A program made the translations under genes and the position numbers. A stretch of 64,000 bases of DNA, from assembly GCA_001916965.1 (NCBI GenBank), contig MNTL01000004.1, forward strand, positions 33,971-97,970. The letters are read 5' to 3'. Each line of letters begins with the position of its first letter. Position 1 is the first letter of the stretch. Shown here one piece after another: positions 32,940 through 43,722 of this stretch. The stretch comes from Roseburia sp. CAG:10041_57 (GTDB lineage Bacteria > Bacillota > Clostridia > Lachnospirales > Lachnospiraceae). The notes beneath the pieces are model-generated. The model saw nothing but the letters and a program-made list of their open reading frames with translations, was not told the origin of the DNA and ran no database searches.

Positions 32940-34073
32940 ATGAAAGTAAAATGCAATGTTTTAGATAGACAGTTTTTTCAATATCAACAGGAATATGAAG
33001 AGGCAGCTTTACGAGTACTCCGTTCAGGCTGGTATGTGTTAGGTAATGAGGTAAAGCAATTTGAAGAAGAATTTGCGGCATTTACAGGCAGAAAGTACTG
33101 TGTTGGATTAAATTCCGGACTTGATGCACTTATTATGTCTGTAAGAGCACTAGGAATTGGTCAGGGAGATGAAGTCATTGTACAGGCAAATACCTATATT
33201 GCAACAGTACTTGGCATTACAGAAAATGGTGCTATTCCTGTCTTTGTAGAACCGGATGAATACTACAATATAGATGCTGATAAGATAGAAGCGGCAATCA
33301 CAGATAAAACAAAGGCAATTATGGTAGTACATTTATATGGTCAGGCAAGCAATATGGGCAAAATAATGGGAATTTCTAAAAAATATAATTTGCCTGTTAT
33401 TGAAGACTGTGCTCAATCCCATGGAGCATGTTTTGACGGAAAGATGACGGGATCATTTGGAATATCAGGTTGCTTTAGTTTTTATCCCACTAAGAATCTG
33501 GGTGCCTTTGGTGATGCAGGAGCTATTGTAACAGATGATAAGGATTTTGCAGATAAGGTCCGTATGATGCGTAACTATGGAAGCAGGATCAAATACTATA
33601 ATGAAATAGAGGGACTCAATTCCAGACTGGATGAAATGCAGGCAGCGTTATTACGCGTTAAATTGCAGCATATTAAAGAATTGAATCAGGAAAGAGTAGT
33701 ACTTGCTGATCGGTATACGAAAGGAATTACGAATGAATATATTGTAAAGCCTGAAATCAGGAATGGTGCCAATAGTATCTTCCATCAATATGTGATCCGC
33801 TGTAAGGATAGAAGTAATCTGCAGAAATATCTGGAAGAACAGGGTATTCAGACACAAATTCATTATCCTGTACCGCCACATCTGGCAGAATGTTATGAGC
33901 GATTAGGGCATAAGAGGGGAGACTATCCTATTACAGAGCAATATGCGAATGAAGTACTGAGTCTGCCTATTTATACGGGTATGACATGGGAAGAACAGGA
34001 TTACGTAATAGAAAAGTTGAATACATTTAAAAATAGTATGAATAAAGGAGAAATAAATGATTTCAAAAGCTGA
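32940..34073 (+). CDS. fdtB: DegT/DnrJ PLP sugar aminotransferase (FdtB/QdtB-like)
   Basis: [36 protein letters not shown] and NSRLDE. Clustered with fdtA. Confidence 0.85.
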   Translation: MKVKCNVLDRQFFQYQQEYEEAALRVLRSGWYVLGNEVKQFEEEFAAFTGRKYCVGLNSGLDALIMSVRALGIGQGDEVIVQANTYIATVLGITENGAIPVFVEPDEYYNIDADKIEAAITDKTKAIMVVHLYGQASNMGKIMGISKKYNLPVIEDCAQSHGACFDGKMTGSFGISGCFSFYPTKNLGAFGDAGAIVTDDKDFADKVRMMRNYGSRIKYYNEIEGLNSRLDEMQAALLRVKLQHIKELNQERVVLADRYTKGITNEYIVKPEIRNGANSIFHQYVIRCKDRSNLQKYLEEQGIQTQIHYPVPPHLAECYERLGHKRGDYPITEQYANEVLSLPIYTGMTWEEQDYVIEKLNTFKNSMNKGEINDFKS

Positions 34074-35031
34074 ATCAAATGTATTAAAAGCAATATCTAT
34101 TATAGTTATTGTATTGAACCATTTTTGGGCGTGGATATATAAACCGAAGGATATCGTATTAATGCTATCAGGCAGTTTTTGCCAAGCTGCTGTGGGTATG
34201 TTCTTATTCTTGTCTGGTTATGGAATTATGTGTTCTTATCAGCAAAATGGAATAAAAAATTATTGAAAAAAAAGATTTAGAAAGATATATATTCCATTTT
34301 TGATTATCTCTACAATGGAATTTTTTATGAAACTTTGGCAGTATCGTAACAATATTGGAGATATGTATATAAAATCTACGCTTTTATCGCTAGTAGGGTT
34401 GTATCCCAATAACACAATAGATGGGACGTTTTGGTTTATAACTTTTATCCTCATGCAGTATTTTATTTTTTGGATTGCATTTCGCTTTAATCTTAAGAAG
34501 AGCATTCAATGGATTGTATTTACGATGGCATCTATTGGAGGATATGTAATTTTTAAAAATAAATTTATTTGGGTGCGGGAAAATGATATTTATGGGTATT
34601 GTTTCTATCTTGGAGTATTATTTGTAGAGTTGAAGGATAAATATGTGGTAAAAGACGGCGGTGCGCAGATTTTACTGGTTTGTATTTGTCTATTGCTTTA
34701 TATCGTTTCACTAAATGAGTGTGACATTCCTTTGGTATGGTGGCTTAATGGAGCAGTATTGATTATATTGTAAATTATAGTGATTCATACTTTGAGTGGA
34801 AAAATTCATTTAAAAAGAAATGTACTGATATCAGTAGGCAAGATGTCTTATGAGTTGTATTTAACGGAAGGAGTATTTTTTTTTCACAAAATATTATATG
34901 ATTTGGCAGGATATAATTATTGGGGACTAATTATTCATGTCATGCTTATATGTATGATATCCTTTGCATTAAGGCAGATAGAAGTAACAGCAACTAAATT
35001 TTTAGACGGAGTAATGAAAGATGTTAAATGA
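34057..35031 (+). pseudogene. Acyltransferase-3 gene with two nonsense codons
   Basis: LKAISII.IVLNH, VGMFLFLSGYG, WFI, GKMSYELYL. Three ORF pieces lie in one frame, separated by TGA 34264-34266 and TAA 34771-34773. Confidence 0.85.
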
Positions 35032-35431
35032 ATGCAAATTAATAGAATTCCCACAAAAAGGTGATGAGAGGGGACATCTTGTCATAGTAGAAGGAAATCA
35101 GGATATTCCATTTGATATTAAAAGAGTATTTTATATTTATGGTTCTGATAAAGATGTAGTACGTGGAAAACATGCTAATTATGATACAGAATTTGTCCTT
35201 ATCAATGTAGCAGGCACTTCAAAGGTAAGAGTGACTGATGGCAGGAATGAAAAAATTTTTAATTTAGACAGGCCTCATATTGGAATTTATTTACCTAAAC
35301 TTGTATGGAAAGATATGTATGACTTCTCAGAGGATTCAGTGTTATTATGCCTTGCCAGTGAACATTATAATCCTGAGGAGTATATCAGAGACTATGAGGA
35401 ATATTTACAGGTTATGAAAGGTTTAAAATAG
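35021..35431 (+). CDS. fdtA: dTDP-4-keto-6-deoxyglucose 3,4-ketoisomerase (FdtA/QdtA cupin)
   Basis: DERGHL, PFDIKRVFYIY, RGKHA, LAS..Y...YIRDY. Confidence 0.85.
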   Translation: MLNECKLIEFPQKGDERGHLVIVEGNQDIPFDIKRVFYIYGSDKDVVRGKHANYDTEFVLINVAGTSKVRVTDGRNEKIFNLDRPHIGIYLPKLVWKDMYDFSEDSVLLCLASEHYNPEEYIRDYEEYLQVMKGLK

Positions 35432-35439
35432 GAAAAATC

Positions 35440-35931
35440 ATGCTGCGTAAATTAGAAGAAAAAGATGCTCCTTTTATGTTGGAATGGATGCATGACAAAG
35501 AGATCACCGCGGGGTTTCAACGTCCCTTTTCACAGGCAACACTGGAAACAGTTCTGTCATTTATCCAAAACAGTTTTGATGAGGAAAATCAGAATTTTGC
35601 ATTTGTGAATGCTGAGGATGAGTATTTGGGAACCATCAGCCTAAAGCATATATCCCACGTTAATGATAAGGCTGAATATGCGGTAGTTGCAAGAAAGTGT
35701 GCACAGGGAACGGGCGCTGCTAAGAAAGCAACAGAAGAACTCATACAGTACGCATTTACTGAGCTAGGGCTACACAAGGTATACTTAAGTGTATTGGAAG
35801 AGAATGTCAGAGCACAGAAATTTTATGAAAAATGTGGCTTCATAAAAGAAGGACTGGAAGTAGATGCTGTAAAGATAAATGGGGTATATCATAATCATAT
35901 GTGGTATGGGATGATAAGCAGAGATAAATAG
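35440..35931 (+). CDS. GNAT N-acyltransferase, probably acting on the dTDP-3-amino sugar
   Basis: QGTGAA acetyl-CoA loop, N.RA.KFYEKCGF. Adjacent to fdtA. Confidence 0.75.
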   Translation: MLRKLEEKDAPFMLEWMHDKEITAGFQRPFSQATLETVLSFIQNSFDEENQNFAFVNAEDEYLGTISLKHISHVNDKAEYAVVARKCAQGTGAAKKATEELIQYAFTELGLHKVYLSVLEENVRAQKFYEKCGFIKEGLEVDAVKINGVYHNHMWYGMISRDK

Positions 35932-35983
35932 GATATATTTGGAATGGAAGCATAAAAATTTTAACAAAGACAAGAGGGTAAAT

Positions 35984-36814
35984 ATGGAGAAAAAAAATTT
36001 AGTACAAAAAATAAAAAATATACCAGGTAGGATAGAACGGGAAATAGAAAAAAATAAATATAAAAAGAATAAATATGGAAATATACTACAAATACGAAAT
36101 TTTGAAGAATCAATAAAATATATCAAAGATAACAAAGTAAGTTTTTATCGTTATGGTGATGCAGAAATTGCTGTAATGCGAGGAATGGATGTGCCTTTTC
36201 AAAAGGCTGATCCTAAATTAGCACAACGTTTGTTGGAATTATTAAATCTTGAAGAAAATGGGATAGAAGCAGCTATTCCGTATTATTATTTAAATTATGA
36301 AGAGGGAATGAATCCTTTTATAGAAGAATTTACTTATGCAATGAAAATACAAAGAAAATTTTTGCTTTCTCACTGTAGAAAAGACAAAAAATATCTTGAT
36401 ACTGCGATGTCACAAGTATATCAAACTTATGAAAATTATGATTTTGATAAGTATTTTGAACAAATGATTGATTTAATTAAAGATAGAGATGTTGCACTTA
36501 TTTGCGGAAAAGGTATATTGAACGATATAAAATATAATCCGTTTGATTTATGTAAGTCAATTGAATATATTGAAGCACCTAATATAAGTGCCTTTTCGGA
36601 ATATGACAGCATTTTAGAAAAAGCAAAAAAGATATCCAAAGATAAGCTTATATGTATAATATTGGGTCCGACAGCGGATCTTTTAGTATATGATTTATTT
36701 AAAGATGGGTATCAGGCGTGGGATATAGGACATTTTGTAAAAGATTATGATGCTTATCACAAAAAGAATCCAAGAACCGCGGATACACTTATAAAATTTT
36801 ATCAGCCAGATTAA
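35984..36814 (+). CDS. GT-D fold (DUF1792-like) glycosyltransferase
   Basis: SFYRYGDAE, FQ, LGPTA and QAWDIGH. Start taken as the ATG at 35984 after GAGG. Confidence 0.75.
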   Translation: MEKKNLVQKIKNIPGRIEREIEKNKYKKNKYGNILQIRNFEESIKYIKDNKVSFYRYGDAEIAVMRGMDVPFQKADPKLAQRLLELLNLEENGIEAAIPYYYLNYEEGMNPFIEEFTYAMKIQRKFLLSHCRKDKKYLDTAMSQVYQTYENYDFDKYFEQMIDLIKDRDVALICGKGILNDIKYNPFDLCKSIEYIEAPNISAFSEYDSILEKAKKISKDKLICIILGPTADLLVYDLFKDGYQAWDIGHFVKDYDAYHKKNPRTADTLIKFYQPD

Positions 36815-36829
36815 AATGGGAGAAAATGA

Positions 36830-38581
36830 ATGATAAAAAAAGTAAATTATATTTTAGATAAACCACAAAAGATCAAATTAATTATATTATTAATAATTAT
36901 TTTTGTCGGAGCTTTTGTAGAGTTACTTGGTGTGTCTTCTATTATGCCATTGATCAATGTTGCAACAAATCCAGATGCAATAGAGAATACATGGTATTTG
37001 GCAAAAATTAAGGATTTCTTTGGTTTTACGGAAGTAAAACAAATTGTGGTATTTCTTTCCTTTTTTTTGATAGGTGTATATATTATAAAAAACATATATA
37101 TCACATTCCAATATAATGTACAATATAGGTTTATATTCAATAATCAAAGACGCCTTGCGGTGAAAATGATGAATTCATATATGCATCAAAATTATCTTTT
37201 TCATGTGTCAAGGAATGTAGCAGAGTTACAGAGAAATGTAACGGAGGATGTAAATGGGTTTTATACAGTAGTATTGAACATACTACAGCTTATTGCGGAA
37301 GTTAGTGTATGTGTTGTTTTAGTCATTTATTTAATGAGTACAGATATTATGACTACAATAGTAGTTGCTGCCTTAATTTTTATATTTGCAATATTCTTTG
37401 GAATTGTATTTAAAAAAGTTCTTGTCAAAAAAGGACAGGAAAACAGGCAGGTAAGTATTAGTTTAACAAAATGGGTGCTTCAATCATTTTCCGGAATCAA
37501 GGAAATTAAGGTAATGAATAAAGAAAAATTTTTCCTTGATAATTATGATAAAACATATAAACGGTTTACTGTTTTGCAACGTCAGCAGACAATGCTTTCA
37601 TTTATTTCAAGGCCAACTATGGAAACAATGTGTATATGCGGATTGCTGATTACAGTAGTAGTGAAAATGATGTGCTTTAATGAGGATATTACTAATTTTA
37701 TCCCCGCTTTATCAGTATTTGCAGTAGCTGCATTTCGTATGTTACCTTCTTTTAATCGTATATCAGGATATTTAAGTGCAATCATGTTCAATAAAGCCGC
37801 CCTGGATGTTCTATATGATGATTTAAAGGAAATTGATGAACTAAAGGCTGATAGTATATTAGATACCAAAAACGAGGTGACAATTCAAAAATTATCTAAA
37901 GGAATAGATGTTAATAATATATCCTTTAGATATCCTAATGTTGATAAATGGGTAATTAAGAATTTAAGTATGCATATCGAACCTAATACATCTGTAGCTC
38001 TTATAGGTGCTTCAGGAGCTGGAAAAAGTACACTGGCAGATATAATATTAGGGGTATTAGAACCACAGATGGGAATGGTAGAAGTAGAGGGTGTGAATAT
38101 AAAGGAAAATCTTTCAGCCTGGCATAAATGTATAGGGTATATTCCACAAACAATATATCTAATGGATGATACAATACGGTCTAACATTGCTTTTGGATTA
38201 GACAGAGAGCAAATAAACGAAGAAGCTCTGTGGAATGCTATAAGAGGAGCACAGTTAGAACAATTTGTTAAGAGTTTGCCTGACGGACTGGAGACGGTAA
38301 TTGGTGATCGCGGAGTGAAATTGTCTGGTGGACAGAGACAAAGAATTGGAATAGCACGTGCTTTATACAGTCAGCCTATAGTTTTGATTTTAGATGAAGC
38401 TACTTCTGCTTTAGACAATGAAACAGAACACGAGGTAATGGAAGCAATTGATGGATTAAAAGGAACAAGAACTTTAATTATCATTGCACATCGATTGACT
38501 ACGATAAAAAATTGCGATGTGATTTATGAAGTGAAAGATGGTGGAATAAAAAAAAGAGAGTATGGAGAGCTTCCTATATAA
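36830..38581 (+). CDS. Second PglK-like ABC flippase
   Basis: GASGAGKST, LSGGQRQR, LDEATSALD, AAFRMLP. Clear paralogue of 10667-12421. Confidence 0.85.
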   Translation: MIKKVNYILDKPQKIKLIILLIIIFVGAFVELLGVSSIMPLINVATNPDAIENTWYLAKIKDFFGFTEVKQIVVFLSFFLIGVYIIKNIYITFQYNVQYRFIFNNQRRLAVKMMNSYMHQNYLFHVSRNVAELQRNVTEDVNGFYTVVLNILQLIAEVSVCVVLVIYLMSTDIMTTIVVAALIFIFAIFFGIVFKKVLVKKGQENRQVSISLTKWVLQSFSGIKEIKVMNKEKFFLDNYDKTYKRFTVLQRQQTMLSFISRPTMETMCICGLLITVVVKMMCFNEDITNFIPALSVFAVAAFRMLPSFNRISGYLSAIMFNKAALDVLYDDLKEIDELKADSILDTKNEVTIQKLSKGIDVNNISFRYPNVDKWVIKNLSMHIEPNTSVALIGASGAGKSTLADIILGVLEPQMGMVEVEGVNIKENLSAWHKCIGYIPQTIYLMDDTIRSNIAFGLDREQINEEALWNAIRGAQLEQFVKSLPDGLETVIGDRGVKLSGGQRQRIGIARALYSQPIVLILDEATSALDNETEHEVMEAIDGLKGTRTLIIIAHRLTTIKNCDVIYEVKDGGIKKREYGELPI

Positions 38582-38647
38582 TAAAAAACAGTGTAATTTA
38601 TTGATATTTTAATAATAAATAAAAATGACTAGAGAGAAGGAATGCGG

Positions 38648-39579
38648 ATGAAATTATCCATTATTGTACCAGTCTACTACAATGCTGATACTTTATAGTT
38701 GATGTATTCTGATTTAAAAAAGAAAGTTTTAGACGTATTAGACTTTGAATATGAATTAATTTTTGTTAACGATGGTTCTAAAGATGATAGTTTATTAGTT
38801 TAAAAAAAATTGAAGAAACAGGACTCACAAATAAAAGTTTATAGTTTGTCCAGAAATTTTGGCTCACATGCGGCAATATTATGTGGATTGGAGCATATGA
38901 CAGGTGATTGCGCTGTGGTAAAAGCTGCGGATATGCAGGAACCAAGTGAATTAATACTGGATATGGTTGCAAGTTGGAAAAAGGGAAATAATGTTGTACT
39001 TGCAGTTAGAGAAGAAAGAGATGAAGTTTTTTTAAAGAAATTTTTTGCCAATATGTATTATATGCCAGTACACTAGTACGCAAAATGGCTTTGTCTAATA
39101 TGCCAGAGACAGGATTTGATATTTATTTGTTAGATAAAAAAGTAGTAGATGTCATGTGTGCTTTGGATGAAAAAAATAGTTCCCTTGCATGTCAGATTTT
39201 ATGGGCAGAATTTAAAACGGAAAAAGTTCCATATACGAGACTTGCACGGGAAATAGGAAGAAGTAGGTGGACTCTTTCAAAAAAGGTTCGATTGGTAATG
39301 GACACACTTTTCAGTTTTTCAACAGTGCCTATTAAAGTGGTTACAACAATTGGTATGTTTTCTTTTTGTGGAGCATTGATTTGGGTAATTGTCGAATTAA
39401 TATGTAAATTGTCAGGATTGATTGAAGTTACTGGTTGGACTACATTATTTATATTTAATTTATTTAGTTTTGGTGTAATAATGTTGACACTGGGGATTTT
39501 GGGAGAATATTTATGGGGAACATTTGATGCTTCTAGAAATAGACCTCCTTTTATTGTTGAAGAAAAGGAAGATAAATAA
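38648..39579 (+). pseudogene. GtrB/DPM1-like GT2 (polyprenyl-phosphate glycosyltransferase) pseudogene
   Basis: MKLSIIVPVYYN, VNDGSKD, LSRNFGSHAAI, AADMQEP, two C-terminal TMs, LGEY..RP. In-frame TAG 38696 and TAA 38801, plus a frameshift near 39065-39080. Confidence 0.85.
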
Positions 39580-39791
39580 GAAAAAATATGTTAGAGAAAA
39601 TAAAAAGTTTAAAGGAATTTAGTTGGATAGAATTCTTGTTACTAGGATTATTATTTTTGTGCCGTTTGCCCCTATTATGTATGGAAACACTAAAGCATTT
39701 TTGTGTTATGAAGTTACCTTTTGAAATTCTATTTTTTATGAAGGAGGAAAAGCCAATTATTATTTAAGATAATTAGCTTATATGTGATTAT

Positions 39792-40802
39792 ATGGATACA
39801 GAAGAATTACAAAACAAGTGGAAAAGATATGAAAAAAGATGGAAATTTAGAGATTTTTATTTTAATAAATGTCTCAGAAGACATGGCATTGTAAAGTATT
39901 TTCATAGGGAACCGGTTATGCCATATTATGCACATAAAAAGGTAATGTCTTCCAAACAAACAAATGAATACATTTATAATTGTATTATATCTGGAAAGCC
40001 TTTTATGGCATGTAGGTTTGGAAATACTGAATTGCAGACTATGGTTGGTGAATTAAGCAATAGAATAATGGGGTATTCAGATATAAATGAAAATTATACA
40101 AGCAAATGGTTTAATCGCTTGTGTGAAGGGGCTGGATTTTTCCCAAATAGTAGAAAATTGCTACCTTTGTTTACGGATTATATGTTAGAAACATGTAAAG
40201 AAATAGATTTACTTGCAATGTGGCATTTGAATATGGAAGATTTTATAATAGAAGAGTATGCTTCACAAGTGGATTTGACTTTTCTATTTAGATTGGAGCC
40301 GTGGCTTTATGCTGAATATCCGTGGTCGGCAGCATTGAAAAATAAAAGGGTGTTAGTAATACATCCATTTGAGGAATCAATTCAGTCCCAATATAAAAGG
40401 AGAACACAAATTTTCCCTAATACAGAAATACTCCCGCAATTTGAACTAAAAACTTTAAGAGCAGTGCAAACAATTGCAGGGGAAAAAGATGAACGATTTT
40501 CAACATGGTTTGAAGCACTTGATTACATGTATGAAGAGGCAATGAAAATTGATTTTGACATTGCAATTATCGGATGCGGAGCATATGGGATGCCGCTTGC
40601 TGGTAAATTAAAAAAAGCAGGAAAACAAGCTATTCATTTAGGTGGAGCAACACAGCTTATGTTTGGAATAAAGGGAAAAAGATGGGAAGATAACTATCCA
40701 TCAAAAATAGCGCAGTATTTTAATGATGCATGGGTGTATCCAGAAAAAAATGAAACTCCTAAAAATGCAAGTGTTGTAGAGAAAGGATGCTATTGGAAAT
40801 AA
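39792..40802 (+). CDS. Conserved protein with GT-D-like motifs (intact copy)
   Basis: CRFGNTE, AGFFP, LEPW, VLVIHPF, IGCGAYGMPL, AIHLGG..QL.FGI.G.RW. Confidence 0.6.
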   Translation: MDTEELQNKWKRYEKRWKFRDFYFNKCLRRHGIVKYFHREPVMPYYAHKKVMSSKQTNEYIYNCIISGKPFMACRFGNTELQTMVGELSNRIMGYSDINENYTSKWFNRLCEGAGFFPNSRKLLPLFTDYMLETCKEIDLLAMWHLNMEDFIIEEYASQVDLTFLFRLEPWLYAEYPWSAALKNKRVLVIHPFEESIQSQYKRRTQIFPNTEILPQFELKTLRAVQTIAGEKDERFSTWFEALDYMYEEAMKIDFDIAIIGCGAYGMPLAGKLKKAGKQAIHLGGATQLMFGIKGKRWEDNYPSKIAQYFNDAWVYPEKNETPKNASVVEKGCYWK

Positions 40803-40907
40803 TATATGATTAAGCAATTATGCTTTGTAAAAACGCTATTTAGTGTTTGCTGAATAAAAGAAAATTCACTTAAAACCATTAATTTTACTGTGTTTTCTGC
40901 TCAAAGA

Positions 40908-40916
40908 TGGTATAAT
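40908..40916 (+). promoter_or_regulatory. Extended -10 promoter of the IS transposase
   Basis: TGgTATAAT inside the left IS end, about 80 nt upstream of the ATG at 40998. Confidence 0.5.
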
Positions 40917-40997
40917 AAAGTGCACGGTTTTAGCGGATCTCAAATCTTTTTTCGTGCAGTTTTCAATAGAAAAATACCATTTATGGAGCGGAAAATA

Positions 40998-42471
40998 ATG
41001 TACAAATATACTGATAATACACAAAGTAACTTTCTGGATTTCAATCAGCCAATAGGACTTCACATGAACCCTGAAAACAGATGGGTAAAAATGGCAGATG
41101 CTATTCCATGGGGGGCTTTGAAAAGAAATATTCCCGCCTGTTCAAAGGCAAGAATGGCCGGGTAGCCAAGCCATTACGTCTTGCCCTTGGCTCGTTGGTC
41201 ATACAAACGAAATATCAGTATTCTGACAGGGAACTCGTTGAACAACTGACAGAAAATCCGTATTACCAGTATTTCATTGGGCTTCCAGGTTATCAGGAAG
41301 AACCGCCAATTGATGCAAGTACCTTAGTCCTGTTCCGTAAACGTCTGAAAATGGATGTTATCATGGAAGCGAATGGATATATGCTGGATGCAGTCAAAGA
41401 AAAGGAATCCAGTGGCAAAAAGGATGATGACCATAACAATCCACCTTCAGGGGGAGAAGGTGATGGGCAGGATACAAAGCAGGGACAGATCCCTGAAAAT
41501 AAAGGAACCCTGATGCTTGATGCCACCTGTGCCCCATCTAATATCCGATATCCACAGGATTTTTCCCTACTGAATGAAGCAAGGAAAAACTGGAAACGGT
41601 TATTATCCGCTTCTGCAAAACATATGGATTTTCCAGACCCCGCATGTACCGCAGGATAGCAAGAAAAAATTATCTTTCACTTGCAAAAGCAAAAAAGCGC
41701 AGCACTAAGAAGATCAGGGCAACGATTCGTAAACAGCTGGCATTCATCAGACGAGATATCGGGTACCCCGAAAATTTCATGCAGGACGGTTATGCACCTA
41801 CATCGAAAGAGAGCACTCTCCTGCTGACAATCTATAAACTGTATGAGCAACAGCAATACATGTACCAGAACAAGACCCATAGCGTAGACAACCGCATTGT
41901 CAGTATTGCACAGTCATGGATCAGACCGATCGTCAGGGGAAAAACAAAGTCACCAGTAGAATTCGGGGCGAAGTTTGACCTGGGCATTGATGATAACGGT
42001 CTAGGCAGAATAGAAAAGATATCCTATGATGCATACAATGAAAGTACCGTGTTGAAAGAAGCGGCAGAGCGTTTCAGGGAACGGACCGGTCATTATCCGG
42101 AACGTATATTAGCAGACCAGATCTATCGTACCAGAGAAAACAGAAAATACTGTAAGATGCATGGAATACGATTATCCGGCCCAAAGCTTGGGAGACCAAG
42201 CCTTGAAAAACAGTCAGTGAAAGAGAAAAAACAGGAATATCAGGACAACAAGGATCGAATAGAGGTAGAAAGAGCCTTCAGCTTAAGCAAACGTTGCTAT
42301 GGAATGGGCTTGATTAAAACCAAGCTTTATGACACAACCCTAACTTCAATCGCATTATCCGTATTTGTGACGAATCTGTTCAAGATACAGTCACGGATAC
42401 TTTTTACACTTTTATGGCTACTGGAACTATTAACACGTCAATCTGCTGATTTTGAGCCAGAGACGGTTTAA
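40998..42471 (+). pseudogene. IS5-family DDE transposase with two frameshifts
   Basis: NRWVKMA..IPW, SDRELV..LTENPYYQYFIG, MLDAT, RPIVRGK...VEFGAK, LADQIY and R..VE..F. Single-base losses near 41112 (G run) and 41585. Confidence 0.85.
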
Positions 42472-42568
42472 TCAGCAGACACTATTTAAATAAATAGCAT
42501 ACATATTAAATAATTGTTATATGTACTTTTTAATTACAAAAATTTAAGTTAGGAAAAAGGGAAAACAT

Positions 42569-43582
42569 TTGTATATGGCGGTATCTATTATTATTGTTTT
42601 ATTTTTATTATTTGTTGAAATATTTGGTGTAAAATATATAAAAGAGTCACAAAATGTTCTTAATTATCAGTTTACTAAAATATTGAAAGGGGTTTGTTGC
42701 TTTCCTGTTATATTTAGTCATATTTATGCTCCATATGATAATGAATGTCAATTTTGGATTGGGAGTTTTGCTTTTATTGCAGTAACATTGTATTTTCTAT
42801 TTGCATCATATGGATTGGAAGTAAGTGTAATAAATAAAAAGGACTATCTTTCTCATTTTTTTGTAAATAGATTTTCAAAAATTTTAGTTCCGTATATTTT
42901 ATGCATTTTAATACGCTTTCTTTTCCATACACATTTAACTTATGGTGGAGCAAATTTTGTACATGTATTGATTGTATACTATATTATCTTCTATTTTGCA
43001 CATACGAAATTTTTAGATGGAAAAAAGAGAGAAGTTTTTCTTTTGATATGTACGTTGGGATATAGTATTGGTGGCTTTTTCTTAGGATATAAACTACATC
43101 TTCCAGTTATTGGTTTGAAGTGGTATCCTGAATCCTTAGGTCTTACTCTAGGTATTATAATTGCATATCATTATGATAGGATTAATCTGTTTTTTAAGAG
43201 GAATATTGCTTTGAAAACCGTTATTATGTTTGCAGTAGCATTTTTCCTAAAGTATTCATATACTCATTATATATACAAGTATTATTTTATAGGTAATTAT
43301 ATATATCGTATGTTGATGGGAATTTCAGTTATCGTGTTTATTACATTATTGTTGACACACATAAAGCTTGGCAATCCATTGTCTACTAAGTTGGGTGATT
43401 TATCTTTTGAAATTTTTCTGTATCATGGTCTCTTTTTGCAGTGGTTAATTACCCTTCCAGTTCAGTGGACATCGAATACATATATTATGGCGGTATTTGT
43501 ATGCACAGTCAGTACAGCTATAATTATGAATAAGATTGGCGTATTTATTATAAAAAGACTTATCAGTATTAATAATACATAA
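42569..43582 (+). CDS. Acyltransferase-3 family protein
   Basis: LKGVCC..VIFSH, AVTLYFLFASYG, RFSKIL.PY, LGDLSFEIFLYH. Confidence 0.75.
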   Translation: MYMAVSIIIVLFLLFVEIFGVKYIKESQNVLNYQFTKILKGVCCFPVIFSHIYAPYDNECQFWIGSFAFIAVTLYFLFASYGLEVSVINKKDYLSHFFVNRFSKILVPYILCILIRFLFHTHLTYGGANFVHVLIVYYIIFYFAHTKFLDGKKREVFLLICTLGYSIGGFFLGYKLHLPVIGLKWYPESLGLTLGIIIAYHYDRINLFFKRNIALKTVIMFAVAFFLKYSYTHYIYKYYFIGNYIYRMLMGISVIVFITLLLTHIKLGNPLSTKLGDLSFEIFLYHGLFLQWLITLPVQWTSNTYIMAVFVCTVSTAIIMNKIGVFIIKRLISINNT

Positions 43583-43722
43583 TCAAATAGTAAATGATTT
43601 ATAATAAGTGGTAGTTTTATGATTTAACAACATACAATAAAAAATTATTTTTGTTGTAGTAGCAGAACGAATAAGTAGTATTAAACTTTGAAACTAACTG
43701 ATCTGAGAGGAGTATCATAATA

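Larger units (their letters stand above)
40843..42482 (+). mobile_element. IS5-family insertion sequence (about 1.64 kb) with inactivated transposase
   Basis: Imperfect TIRs GTGTTTGCTGAATAAA and (reverse complement) GTGTCTGCTGATTAAA. TATTTA direct repeat at 40837-40842 and 42483-42488. Confidence 0.85.

Noticed and set aside
39588..39770. Short hydrophobic ORF before the GT-D-like gene
   Set aside because: Under 60 aa with no recognisable motif; probably a remnant.
29792..39794. Paralogue start codons exactly 10,000 bp apart
   Set aside because: The copies are diverged throughout, so this is not an assembly duplicate. The round number is treated as coincidence.
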